Shown piece after piece: positions 24,385 through 35,290 of a stretch of DNA of 46,551 bases; the first letter of the stretch is position 1, and every line of letters starts with the position of its first letter. The stretch lies in assembly GCF_001194135.2 (NCBI RefSeq), contig NC_069006.1, positions 764,517 through 811,067 on the forward strand, read 5' to 3'. The translations under genes and the position numbers were made by a program. Source of the stretch: Octopus bimaculoides. Lineage: Eukaryota. Under the pieces are notes generated by a model. That model was not told where the DNA came from and searched no databases. It was given only the letters and a program-made list of their open reading frames with translations.

Positions 24385-25181
24385 TTAGCAACAGTAAGAG
24401 TACACCCAGTACATGTAAAACAGTGAATTAGCAACAGTAATGCCACACTTTTATAACAGTATATTAGCAAAAACAAAACGAATGAAACATTGTATTAACA
24501 ACAGCAAGGAAAACACAAGAAGGATACTGTATTAGCAACAAGAACACAAATAAAAGAGAGATGTAGGCAACAGCAACGAGAACTTCAAAAGGATGGCTTA
24601 TTAGCAACAAGTGGACAAACCAACTGATAACATGTTAGGAACATGAACACTAATAAGGAGGACAATGTGTTAGCAACAGCCACAAAAACATAACAAAACA
24701 ATGCATAAGCAACAGTAATAAGTGCACACTATGAAAAAGTGTATTAGCAACAAGTACAGAAATAAACAGTGTATTAGCAACCACACAACTATCAAACAAT
24801 AACACAAATATCAAAAAGCGTGTTAGCAACAAGTACAGAAATAAACAGTAACAAGAACACAAATATAGAAGGGTGTGTTAGCAACAAGTACAGATATTGT
24901 GTTAGCAACCACAAGAACACAACTATCAAGGAGTGTGTTAGCAACAAGTACAGAAATAAGCAGACAGTGTATTCGTAACAGTAACAAGAACACAAATACC
25001 CAAGGGTGTGTTAGCAACAAATACAGATATGAAGTGTGCTAGCAACACAAATATAAAAGAGTGTGTTAGCATCAAGTGCAGAAATGATAAAGACAGTATA
25101 TTGGCAACGGCAAAACTAGAACACAAATGTAAAAGAGTGTGTTAGCAACAAGTACAGAAATAAACAGTGTGTTAGCAACAG
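24385..25181. repeat. Irregular array of 23 TTAGCAAC-type motifs with variable spacers
   Basis: Counted by eye: 14 exact TTAGCAAC and 9 one- or two-mismatch variants, spaced ~24-55 nt apart. Sub-units aagtacagaaataaacag and aagaacacaaata are shuffled between spacers. Confidence 0.9.
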
Positions 25182-25614
25182 CACGAAGAACACAAAAAGA
25201 AACAATGTAAAACAGAAGCGACAGAGATGAAGTCTTTCACCTTCGTTATAAAATGTCTGATATGAATATCTCAACACCTCACACTGGCAGATATTGGTTA
25301 ATGTTTTGCACCTCAGCATGGGGGGGGGGTGAAGGGGAGGAGAGGGGGTAACAGGGGATGGCGAGAATAAAAAAAACAAGAAGCAAAACTAACAACAATA
25401 GCAACAATCAATGTTTCCTGTCTATTCGAAATGCAACACATATACCGATTCTGCCATGCATGCATATACGTTTACGCACGCATCACATACCAAATTTGCA
25501 GCACACACACACACACACACACCACATCATACTATGTTACATACCACATAACACACTATTGAACAATCATAGGCATAAGAAATATAATTAGCAACACTGT
25601 TTCATTTATGTTGG

Positions 25615-26100
25615 TTAATTAGTATTGTTGTTGTTGTTGTTTAATGCTGTTGTCATGGTTACTGTTGTGTTTTTTGTTGGTAGTAGTATTAGTAGTAGTA
25701 GTTGGTGCTCTTGTGGTTGGTTGTAATAGTAGTAGCATTGTAGTGTGACCGGTACTTCAAGCGGTGGTGTTGGTAGTAGTAGTTGTGGTAATAGTAGTAG
25801 TACTAGTAGTAGCAGATATGGTGTTGATAATAGTGGTAGTGGTGGTAATTGTGTTGGTGGTGGCAGAAGTGATGGCAGTAGTATTAGTGGTGGTGGTGAT
25901 AGTAGTTGTAGTGGTAGTAGTAGTAGTAGTAGTAGCATTAGTGGTGTTGATAGTTGGTAGGAGTAAGTGATGTTGGTGGTGGTAGTAGCAGAGATGGTAT
26001 TGGTGGTAGTAGTAGCAGTGGTGTTGGTAGGAGTAAGTGATGTTGGTGGTGGTAGTAGCAGAGATGGTATTGGTGGTAGTAGCAGCAGTGGTGTTATTCA
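25615..26100. repeat. (GGT/AGT)n low-complexity tract with an ~70 bp tandem duplication
   Basis: gttggtaggagtaagtgatgttggtggtggtagtagcagagatggtattggtggtagtag occurs twice (~25953 and ~26023). Confidence 0.85.
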
Positions 26101-26592
26101 TTAATTTTCGTCACATGTCTGTCTTTTGCAGTTGCTGTTCTACAATCAACGCACCCCCCCATCCCCCCATCACATCGCAACTACGACCACCACCCTACAC
26201 ACAGCCGTCCCCACCAACAGACCCCCCCCAACCTACCTCCACCACCGTCGTCATCAAGTTTGTAAACTCATTAAATATTTACTGTGACAGACTGTAATAA
26301 TAAGATTAAGCAACTGTAATGAGGGGCTCCAGCATGGCAGAGACGCAGAGACATGTCTGCTGCTGTTAGCGGTGGTGGTGGTGGTGGTGGTGGTGGTGGT
26401 GGTTCCAGAGGAAAGAACAGAGGTGGCGGAATCTAATGACAATGGTGATGATGATGATGATGATGCATAATTTGTAGCTGATGGTGTTATGATACTTTTT
26501 TTGGAAGTGATGGTGGTGGTGGTAGTGATGGTAGTGGTGCTGGTGGTGGTGCTGGTGGTGGTGATGGTGGTGTTAGTAGAGATGGCAGTGAT

Positions 26593-26736
26593 GGTATGCA
26601 GTGAAGTAGCTTGTTTTATCGCCCAACCCATGTGGTCTTCAGTTCAGTCCCACTGCAGGGCACCTAATATAAGCTCCTGGGCCAACCAAAGCCTTGTGAG
26701 TGGATTTGGTAGATGGAAATTGAAAGAAGCCCATTG
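26593..26736 (+). mobile_element. SINE family A, 5' half
   Basis: cagttcagtcccactgcagggcacc ... ggccaaccaaagccttgtgagtggatttggtagatggaaattgaaagaagcccattg. Confidence 0.8.
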
Positions 26737-26937
26737 TGTGTGTATATATGTATGCATAGAGGGCGGGTCGAAAATCCTACACAAAATAAGTTCAATATAC
26801 TCCGGAATAGTCTCAAAGACATGCTTCAATTTGTTTTTTCCAAATGGAATAAAATAAATAAAATAATGATGAATGCCACACATTCTTGTACATGAAGAAC
26901 AAAAGGAATAATAATAATAACAATAATGATAATAATA

Positions 26938-27047
26938 GTTTCAAATTTTGGCACAAGAACAGCGGTTCTGGGGGAAGGGGCCAAATTGGTTAACTGGTAT
27001 TTGTTTTATTGACCCCAAAAGGGTGAAAGGCCAAATTGATCTCAGCA

Positions 27048-27083
<36 letters not shown>

Positions 27084-27356
27084 TAATAATAATAATAATA
27101 ATAATGATAATAATAATAATAATGGCTTCGAATAATAATAATAATGGTTTCAAATTTTGCCACAAGGCAGCAATTTAGGGGGAGGGGATGAGTCAATTAG
27201 ACCAACCCCAGGGCTTGACTGGTATTTAATTTATCAACCCTGAAAGGATGAAAGACAAAGGTTGACCTTGGTGGAATTTGAACTCAAGGATGTAGCAGCA
27301 GACGAAATACTGCTAAGCAGTTTGTCCAGTGCACTAACGACTCTGCCAGCTCGCCA
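26938..27356 (-). mobile_element. Two SINE family B copies (26938-27051 partial, 27146-27356 full) separated by (AAT)n
   Basis: gaaaggatgaaagacaaaggttgaccttggtggaatttgaactc ... ctaacgactctgccagctcgcc. Confidence 0.85.
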
Positions 27357-27358
27357 TT

Positions 27359-27360
<2 letters not shown>

Positions 27361-27410
<50 letters not shown>

Positions 27411-27433
27411 TAATAATAATAATAATAATAATG

Positions 27434-27464
<31 letters not shown>

Positions 27465-27905
27465 TAAGAATCNNNNNNNNNNNNNNNNNNNNNNNNNNNN
27501 NNNNNNNNNNNNNNNNNNNNNNNNNNNNNNNNNNNNNNNNNNNNNNNNNNNNNNNNNNNNNNNNNNNNNNNNNNNNNNNNNNNNNNNNNNNNNNNNNNNN
27601 NNNNNNNNNNNNNNNNNNNNNNNNNNNNNNNNNNNNNNNNNNNNNNNNNNNNNNNNNNNNNNNNNNNNNNNNNNNNNNNNNNNNNNNNNNNNNNNNNNNN
27701 NNNNNNNNNNNNNNNNNNNNNNNNNNNNNNNNNNNNNNNNNNNNNNNNNNNNNNNNNNNNNNNNNNNNNNNNNNNNNNNNNNNNNNNNNNNNNNNNNNNN
27801 NNNNNNNNNNNNNNNNNNNNNNNNNNNNNNNNNNNNNNNNNNNNNNNNNNNNNNNNNNNNNNNNNNNNNNNNNNNNNNNNNNNNNNNNNNNNNNNNNTAA
27901 TAATG

Positions 27906-27942
<37 letters not shown>

Positions 27943-27977
27943 TAATAATGATAATGATAATAATAATAATGATAATA

Positions 27978-28014
<37 letters not shown>

Positions 28015-28019
28015 TAATG

Positions 28020-28071
<52 letters not shown>

Positions 28072-28082
28072 TAATAATAATG

Positions 28083-28113
<31 letters not shown>

Positions 28114-28133
28114 TAATAATAATAATAATAATG

Positions 28134-28188
<55 letters not shown>

Positions 28189-28211
28189 TAATAATAATAA
28201 TAATAATAATG

Positions 28212-28242
<31 letters not shown>

Positions 28243-28250
28243 TAAGAATC
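27361..28250. repeat. Long (AAT)n/(GAT) trinucleotide array spanning an N-gap
   Basis: Seen directly; the gap is at 27473-27897. Confidence 0.95.
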
Positions 28251-28869
28251 TAAAATGTCAGATGTCTTGATGTGTGACTAATGGCCCACCATGTATGTAT
28301 GTTTGTGTGTGTGTATGTGTGTGCATCTCCTTGTCTTGACATCATGTGACAGCCGTAAACCATCATTACCTTCAAAGGAGTGACATTGTTTATTCCCAGC
28401 CTTTTGTTGAAATCTGGTAAGGGTTGGTGACAGGAAGGGCATCTGTCTGTAGAGAAACTTGTCTCAATAAATTCTCTGCAGCCCATGCAAGTCTGGATAA
28501 GTAGACATGAGACAATGACGACGATGTGTGCGTGTGTGTCCGCTTCTAAGCTTGTTGATAAGTTAATTGGACAGTGATGGATTTGTTAAGCTTTTGATTG
28601 ACAAGAAAACTTATTAAATGAGAGAGACAGAAAAAATCAACAGGGCTTCTTCAAATTTGGTGCCAAGTCATGTTACATAAGCACATAAACATTTCATATA
28701 TTTATTGAAGGGGTCTTAGGCCAACAGGTTTTTTGGGGTCTATTGATACACCATAAGGCTAAGCCTCTAATAGATGAGATACCCTGGGTAATCCTATAAA
28801 CCAGCCTCCCCCATTTACATATATACCCTGTTCTACATCTTAGAGTGTGCTTTTTCTCCGGTTTTATGT

Positions 28870-29025
28870 TTTCTTTCAGTTTCCGTCTACCAAATCCACT
28901 CACAAGGCTTTGGTTGGCCTGGGGCTATAATAGAAGACACTTGCCCAAGGTGCCATGCAGTGGGACTGAACCCAGAACCATGTGGTTGGTAAGCAAGCTA
29001 CTTAATACACAGCCACTCCTGTGCC
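28870..29025 (-). mobile_element. SINE family A, 5' half
   Basis: ttctttcagtttccgtctaccaaatccactcacaaggctttgg ... cagccactcctgtgcc. Confidence 0.9.
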
Positions 29026-29083
29026 TATATATATACATGTATGTGTGTGTGTAGTGAGAGAGATAGAGAGAGAGAGATGTATA

Positions 29084-29476
29084 CTCTTTCACTTGTTTCA
29101 GTAATTTGACTGCGGCCATGCTGGAGCACCACCTGGAGTTGAGCAAATTGACCCCAGGACTTATTCTTTGTAAGCCTAGTACTTATTCTATCGGCCTATT
29201 TTGCCGAACCGTTAAGTTACGGGGACGTAAACACACCAGCATCGGTTGTCAAGCGATGTTGGGGGGACAAACACAGACACACACAAACATATACACACAC
29301 ACACACATATATACAACGGGCTTCTTTCAGTTTCCGTCTACCAAATCCACTCACAAGGCTTCGGTTGGCCTGAGGCTATAGTAGAAGACACTTGCCCAAG
29401 GTGCCACGCAGTGGGACTGAACCCGGAACCATGTGGTTGGTAAGCAAGCTACTTACCACACAGCCACTACTATGCC
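29084..29476 (-). mobile_element. SINE family A, full length and little diverged
   Basis: All domains are intact and many CpGs are retained. Confidence 0.93.
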
Positions 29477-29871
29477 TATATATATACATGTATGTGTGTG
29501 TGTGTAGGTAGAGAGAGAAAGAGATGTATATATACTTTTTATTTATAAAAAAATAATTATGTGAACTAACATGATCTTCCCCACCTCCCCTCCCAAACAT
29601 ATATAAAAACCCACATGTATCAACAAACATTTCTATCAAAAGACATGTATCTTCCACCTCGTTAACACCACCACCCCAGACACACACCTAAAACATAGAA
29701 AATTACTAAAAGATAGAATCTGGAAAAACATCTGGTGATTGGATTTCTGACCAAAGGTCAACTATTCAAATGACTTCACAAAACTGTCCTTTAACACCCC
29801 CACCACCTCCCAACTCCACCCCCATTCAAATATCTTGTGTTGACCATTCACTACTTTCTTTCAGCTATTAT

Positions 29872-29998
29872 TCGACTTTGCCTTTCATCCTCCTGGGGTC
29901 GATGAATTAAATACCAGTTACGTACTGGGGTCGATCTAATCGACTGGTCTGCTCCCCAAAAATTTCCTGACCTTGTGCCTAGCGTAGAAAAGATTATT
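29872..29998 (+). mobile_element. SINE family B, 3' half
   Basis: tcgactttgcctttcatcctcctggggtcgatgaattaaataccagttacgtactggggtcgatctaatcgactgg. Confidence 0.85.
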
Positions 29999-31246
29999 CA
30001 TCAACAGTTTTTTTACTCCCACGCTGATTAACAAACCCCAAACCCACCCCAACAACACACCCAAACCCCAGATATAGAATCACAAAACCCCAAATCCTCA
30101 GATCTTTTTGACAACGAATGCGAGAAAGTTCTCCAAAAATGGTAACAATAAAACAATTTAAAAAAAAAATTTACCGCACCCAAGTTAACAAAGAACTTAC
30201 TAGATCTACGAACTAAAATTTAGATTATTAGAAAATTAAAAAAGAATAAATTAAACTGATTAGAACTACCAGTGAAGTCATTCTTTTTCTTTTTTCAAAT
30301 ATACCCAACTGTACCAAGGATCTCACACATTTTCATATATATATAAGTATATGTGTGTGTATGTATGNNNNNNNNNNNNNNNNNNNNNNNNNNNNNNNNN
30401 NNNNNNNNNNNNNNNNNNNNNNNNNNNNNNNNNNNNNNNNNNNNNNNNNNNNNNNNNNNNNNNNNNNNNNNNNNNNNNNCTTGTACACAAAATGCAATGC
30501 AAAATATCCAATGATATGAAACTGTTAAGCATAAATAAACTGAATTTCTAATATTTCTATAAATTTTATAAACTGCCAAACAGAAGATGGAGTTTTCTTC
30601 TCTGCATAAATTTAACGATGAAAGTTCCATTCTTCCTTATATTATATTTTTTTCTGAAGAAACCAAATTGTGTTCCAAAACTTCACAACACAATGAACAT
30701 CTTCACTTCAATTCCAACCGTGTAGTTCTTTTCCATTTTTGAAGTGGAGAATAAAATGTGGCAATGTAGTCTTTGCTGCTTTTGTGATCCATTATGGTAA
30801 GTATTTATTCCTTTCTGGCCCACAAATGTGAATTCTACTGAAGCTGAGGAAGCAGCATTGTTCCTAGGAATGGTTGGAATTAAATCATTCAAATGATATA
30901 GTTCTTTGTAGCTTGATGTGGGATTCTTTATTTCAGCTAACAATGCAATAATTGATTCAGAAACCACCACCATCATTTTAATGTCCATTTGTCCACTCAT
31001 ACGGGGGACAAACAGAATTTGCTGAGGCAGACTTTTCTATGGCTAGATGCCTTTCCTGTCACCAACCCTAACCTTTTCACAAGCAAGGTTATATGCATAA
31101 GTATGCATACATACACTCCAGAAACAGCTGTCAAGTAAAAAACAATGCATTTTCTCCTTAGAATTCTGTATACTTTTTACTCTACATAAATTTGTCTATA
31201 TCTATCTATCTGCACACACACACACACACACATATATAGCAGCAGC

Positions 31247-31405
31247 TTTCACACAATATCAACCTGCCAAGTTCACTCATGATGTATTGGTTAGTCAGGG
31301 TAGGGGCTATAGTAGACAATATCTGCACAAGGTGTCGCACAGTGGAACTGAACCCAAAACCATATGGTTGCAAAGTGAGTTTCGTGATCACACTGCCATA
31401 CTTAC
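31247..31405 (-). mobile_element. SINE family A, diverged 5' half
   Basis: ggggctatagtagac...cacaaggtgtcgcacagtggaactgaacccaaaaccatatggttg. Confidence 0.7.
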
Positions 31406-33316
31406 AACCACTAATGTAGAACCTGCCTTCCCCCTCCAAAAAACCCCCAGCAGTTGATATTTTTCCATCAGCATCTTTCAACCAGACTTAATGCATGCTT
31501 GTTATTAGATTTGAACACAAATTATAATCAGACTGATACGAACTTCATACGACAATAACAGAATTAATCTCTAAATATGGTTTGTCCAAGTGACAGTTAT
31601 TTGAAAAGGAGATAACCATTTTGAAAATAAATCATGAATGATGGCAAAGTGAAAAGTTTGAATTTTAAGTCTAAGAGTAACAAGGGAAAATTACACAATA
31701 TATACATTTGATTTATATATATATTTTTTCTACTCATTACAATCCTAAATACACTTTCTAGTCGTAAGTTGTTGTGAGTAGAACCATTTCATCCTTATTT
31801 GAAATCACCAGCATGGCATAACCTCAGGCAAATCCATTACATAAAATTTCATCTAAAAAAAATTTCAATTTAATTCATTGACTAATGAATTCTAAATCTA
31901 TTTAAACCATAAATGCAAAAACATAGGAGGTGGGGGTCAGGTGGTGGCCCTTAACGAACATCTGAAAACAGGTGTTTGGAACATAACTTGGATGCTTACA
32001 CATAGGTACGTAAACTACACATGCACACATACATATAAATGCACAACTGATTAACACATACATCACCATTCACACACACACACACATATACATATACATA
32101 CACATGCATACACTACACAAGTATATCTAAAATACACACATACATGTATACAACACATGCATTCACTTGCATTTATATATACATACTTGCACACACAACA
32201 CATACATTACAATTCATATATAAATATATATATACATGCACACATATGCAAATATATACATGTATACACACACATACATACAACTACACACACACATGTA
32301 CACCTACACACATACACGCACGCAAAACCCATCAACCTTTTGTCTGATTTGACCCAATTTAGATATTTTTTCAATCAAAGCTTTTAATAAATTTGATTAT
32401 TGTAGTATTGATGTAGTGTTGGTAGTAGTAGCAGAGGTGGTGTGTATATGTGTAGTGGCAGTGGAGAGTGGCACTGGCGGTGGTTGCAAGAATGGTAACA
32501 TAGTGGTGATGGTGGTAGTGGTAATGAACCATTAAGTGTGGTGGTAGTAGCGGTGTCAGTGGTGGTAATGAACCATTAGCAGTGTAGTGGTAGTAGTAAC
32601 AGCAGCAACAATGGTGTGGGTGTTAGCAGGGTGGTGTTAGTAGTGGCAGTAATAATGCAGGAAGGAAGAGAATTGGTGATGGTAGTAATAGTAGTAGTGG
32701 TCATTGTAAAGGTGGTGGTGGTTGCTTGGTAGTGATGTCATAATAGTGGTAGTAGTATTCATTGTGTAGGTGGTCACTAATAGCAGCAGCAACAGTAAGG
32801 CTGGTGGTGGTGGTCATGTTGGTGGTGGTAGGATGCTGATGTAGCAGTCCTGGTGTTTGTTGTTCAGGTTGTAGTACGTAGTGGTTGTGATGCTGGTGAT
32901 GGTATTTCAACCTGTAATACAGTATGATGCACTTTGAGAGAAATACGACTGCTATTTCTAGCACAATGGTTTCCTTGCAGCAGTGGCACTGATATTGATG
33001 GTGGTGGTTGTGGTGGCAACAATGGTGGATGTGGTGATGGTGGTGGTTGTGCAGGTGGTTGTGGCGATGGTGATGACAGCAGTGGTTGTGGTGATGACAG
33101 CAGTGGTGGTAGTTGTGGTGATGGTGATGATGCTAAGTGGTAGAAAAGTGGAAAGCGTAGTGTCTGGATGTGTGCCAGGGTGTCTCAAGGTTGGTGGAGT
33201 ACATGTGTAGGTGGCCGGGAACAACTTTTCACACACACACACACATATTTATAAATAAACACATTCATATGTTAAGATGTATATATTTATGTGAATGCAA
33301 ACTGCATCTATATATA

Positions 33317-33362
<46 letters not shown>

Positions 33363-33460
33363 GTGAGTAGATACATTTCTTTTACAAGTACCATGAGATA
33401 AAAATATATATAACATGTTTATGCAAACATATCTCTATTATAAATAGATGAATACATATA

Positions 33461-33494
<34 letters not shown>

Positions 33495-33513
33495 CATGCT
33501 ATGGCATGTGTGA

Positions 33514-33822
33514 CACACTTTGGGAAAGTGTCCTCTACTATAGCCCTGGGCCAAGGAAAGCCTTACGAGTGGATTCAGTGGACAGAAACTGAAAGAAGTC
33601 CGTCGTATGCGTATATATGTGTTTCCTCTCCCACTACTGCTTGACAACTGGTGTTGTCGTGTTTATGTCCCTGTAACTTAGCAGATTGGCAAAAGAGACC
33701 AAGAGAATAAGCATTAGGCTTAAAAATGTAAGTACATGGGTTGATTCATTCAACTAAAAATTCTTCAAAGCAGTGCTCCAGCATGGCCACAGACTAATGA
33801 GTGAAAGAAGTAAAGGGTAAAA
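33514..33822 (+). mobile_element. SINE family A, headless body
   Basis: gggaaagtgtcctctactatagccctgggcc ... gcagtgctccagcatggccacag. Confidence 0.85.
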
Positions 33823-34117
33823 GCTAAAAGATGTATATACAGTGTAAAATGTGCTACTTATATATTTAACACATGGAGGACCTGCGTTGTAAATAAATTA
33901 ATATATACATACATATGTTTATATGTATGTGGGTGTGTCTTTGCGTCTGTGTTTGTTCCCCGACCATCGCTTGACAACCAGTGTTGGTGTCTGTATGTCC
34001 CCTGTAACTTGGCAGTTCAGCAAAAGACACCGATAGAAGAAATACAGTAATCCCTTGTCATATCATGCTTCACCTATTATGGTTTATCATTGAAGCCTAC
34101 ATCAATTCCTCTGTGGT

Positions 34118-34254
34118 ACAAGTTCTATATTTAAGAGATGAGGAATTATGTACATTATTTACATTTGACGGATATTTGTCCTCATCTTATTTGTTGTTAA
34201 CACAACATTTCGGCTGATAGACCCTCCAGCCTTCATCAGGTGTCTTGGGGAAAT
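34118..34254 (-). mobile_element. Penelope-like terminal-repeat fragment with a 12-bp target-site duplication
   Basis: Flanked by ttcctctgtggt at 34106-34117 and 34255-34266, and contains a hammerhead core of the kind typical of Penelope-like elements. Confidence 0.7.
34199..34244 (-). ncRNA. Minimal type I hammerhead ribozyme motif (slightly degenerate)
   Basis: Minus strand: GACAC CUGAUGA A GGCUG gagggucuau CAGCC GAA AUGU U GUGUU. Stem I is GACAC/GUGUU, stem II is GGCUG/CAGCC, and stem III is loopless. Confidence 0.7.
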
Positions 34255-35002
34255 TTCCTCTGTGGTGGTGTTTTGCATCTGCAATTTCCTCTTAATCCTG
34301 AAATCAATTGACATGTAACTGAACCTTTTCATGAATCGTTTTCGTTTATTTGCCCGAGATGGGTCTATGTTTATTGTGATATTTTAAGGTAGTTTCGAGC
34401 CATTTAGGGTCTTCTTTCAGCATGTGGCTAAGTCTGTGAATTTACTCGCTTGCCCTGAATATAAATTTATAGAAAAATAATTTTCAAAAATATACAGTAC
34501 TGTTTCTATTTTGTGGATTTTCACCTATTGCAGAGGGCTTTGGAACATAACATCCATGAGGGATTACTGTACTCGGCCTCCAAAGAACGAACCCTGGGGT
34601 TAATTTCTTTAACTAAAAAAACCTGTGCCCCAGCAGGGCCGCAGTCAAATGACTGAAACAAGAATAAAATATACACACGAGTCACCAGAAGTAATAACTT
34701 ACATGACTCCAATGACTCCAATAGAAATGTGGAGAGTCCTTTAATACATTATGATGATAGGAGACAAATCTGAATACGACAAGCTGGAGCCTTTTAGTTG
34801 TAACGTGAGAGTGTGTGTGTGTGTACAGATTTTCTTTTCCCACCTTTCCATGGTAGACTGGTTTTTCCCTTGGTACATCATCTCACTACTCATTATTGCC
34901 TTCCTTTGGCATTCACCTCCCTTTCGAGGATCAACTCTCCTGAAAGCCAAATCCAAGAAAAACTTGTGGTTGGGTAGTGGCGGTGGCAGCGATGGTCTGC
35001 AT

Positions 35003-35290
35003 CTCAGTCACTGGACTGCAGCTATGCTGGGGCACTGCCTTTGAGGGTTTAATGAAACATATCAGCCCCAGTGTTTATTTTCTCTTTTGCCAAACCATTA
35101 AGTAAAAGCCTTTATCTCACTCTCACGGCCATGCCTAGGTTATCTGCTAGCAGCCCGAATCGAAATATAGACCACATATTTGTAGAAGCCAAAACACTTG
35201 CCTAAGGTGTTGCCTGTAGAATTGAGCTCATGACCTCTTCAATGCGAAACAGATATTTTTTTGAACCACACCGTCACAGCCATGCCTGGG
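35003..35290 (-). mobile_element. Diverged SINE family A pieces
   Basis: gactgcagctatgctggggcactgcc and gtagaagccaaaacacttgcctaaggtg. Confidence 0.5.

Larger units (their letters stand above)
34043..34571. mobile_element. Tigger/pogo-type MITE with nested insertions
   Basis: Perfect 11-bp TIRs cagtaatccct / agggattactg, each flanked by TA, with subterminal tcacctatt at both ends. Confidence 0.8.
33930..34670 (+). mobile_element. SINE family A 3' half split by a MITE (33930-34040 and 34590-34670)
   Basis: accatcgcttgacaaccagtgttggtg...gcaaaagacaccgatagaa stops at the MITE and resumes as ccctggggttaatttc...ggccgcagtcaaatgactgaaacaag. Confidence 0.75.

Noticed and set aside
24385-25181. CRISPR array call for the TTAGCAAC repeats
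   Set aside because: The repeat is only ~9-12 nt, spacers are irregular and reuse sub-motifs, there are no cas genes, and the context is eukaryotic.
25615-26631. Mucin-like poly-Thr / Gly-Ser ORFs (also 21.6-21.9 kb and 32.7-33.2 kb)
   Set aside because: These are (GGT/AGT/ACC)n low-complexity tracts without splice signals or non-repetitive coding flanks.
26757-26890. Possible additional mariner MITE
   Set aside because: Only one TIR-like start (tagagggcgggtcgaaaa) is present and the matching end is too degenerate.
27361-28250. Exceptionally long (AAT)n array as a biological feature
   Set aside because: gataagaatc appears both just before the gap and at the array end, suggesting overlapping contig ends and an inflated length.
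30560-30800. Alternative readings near 30.7 kb (TGA read-through frame, NGTFIVKF methyltransferase-like word, plus-strand ATG|gtaagt exon)
   Set aside because: These short fragments are broken by stops and show no extended similarity that I can justify.
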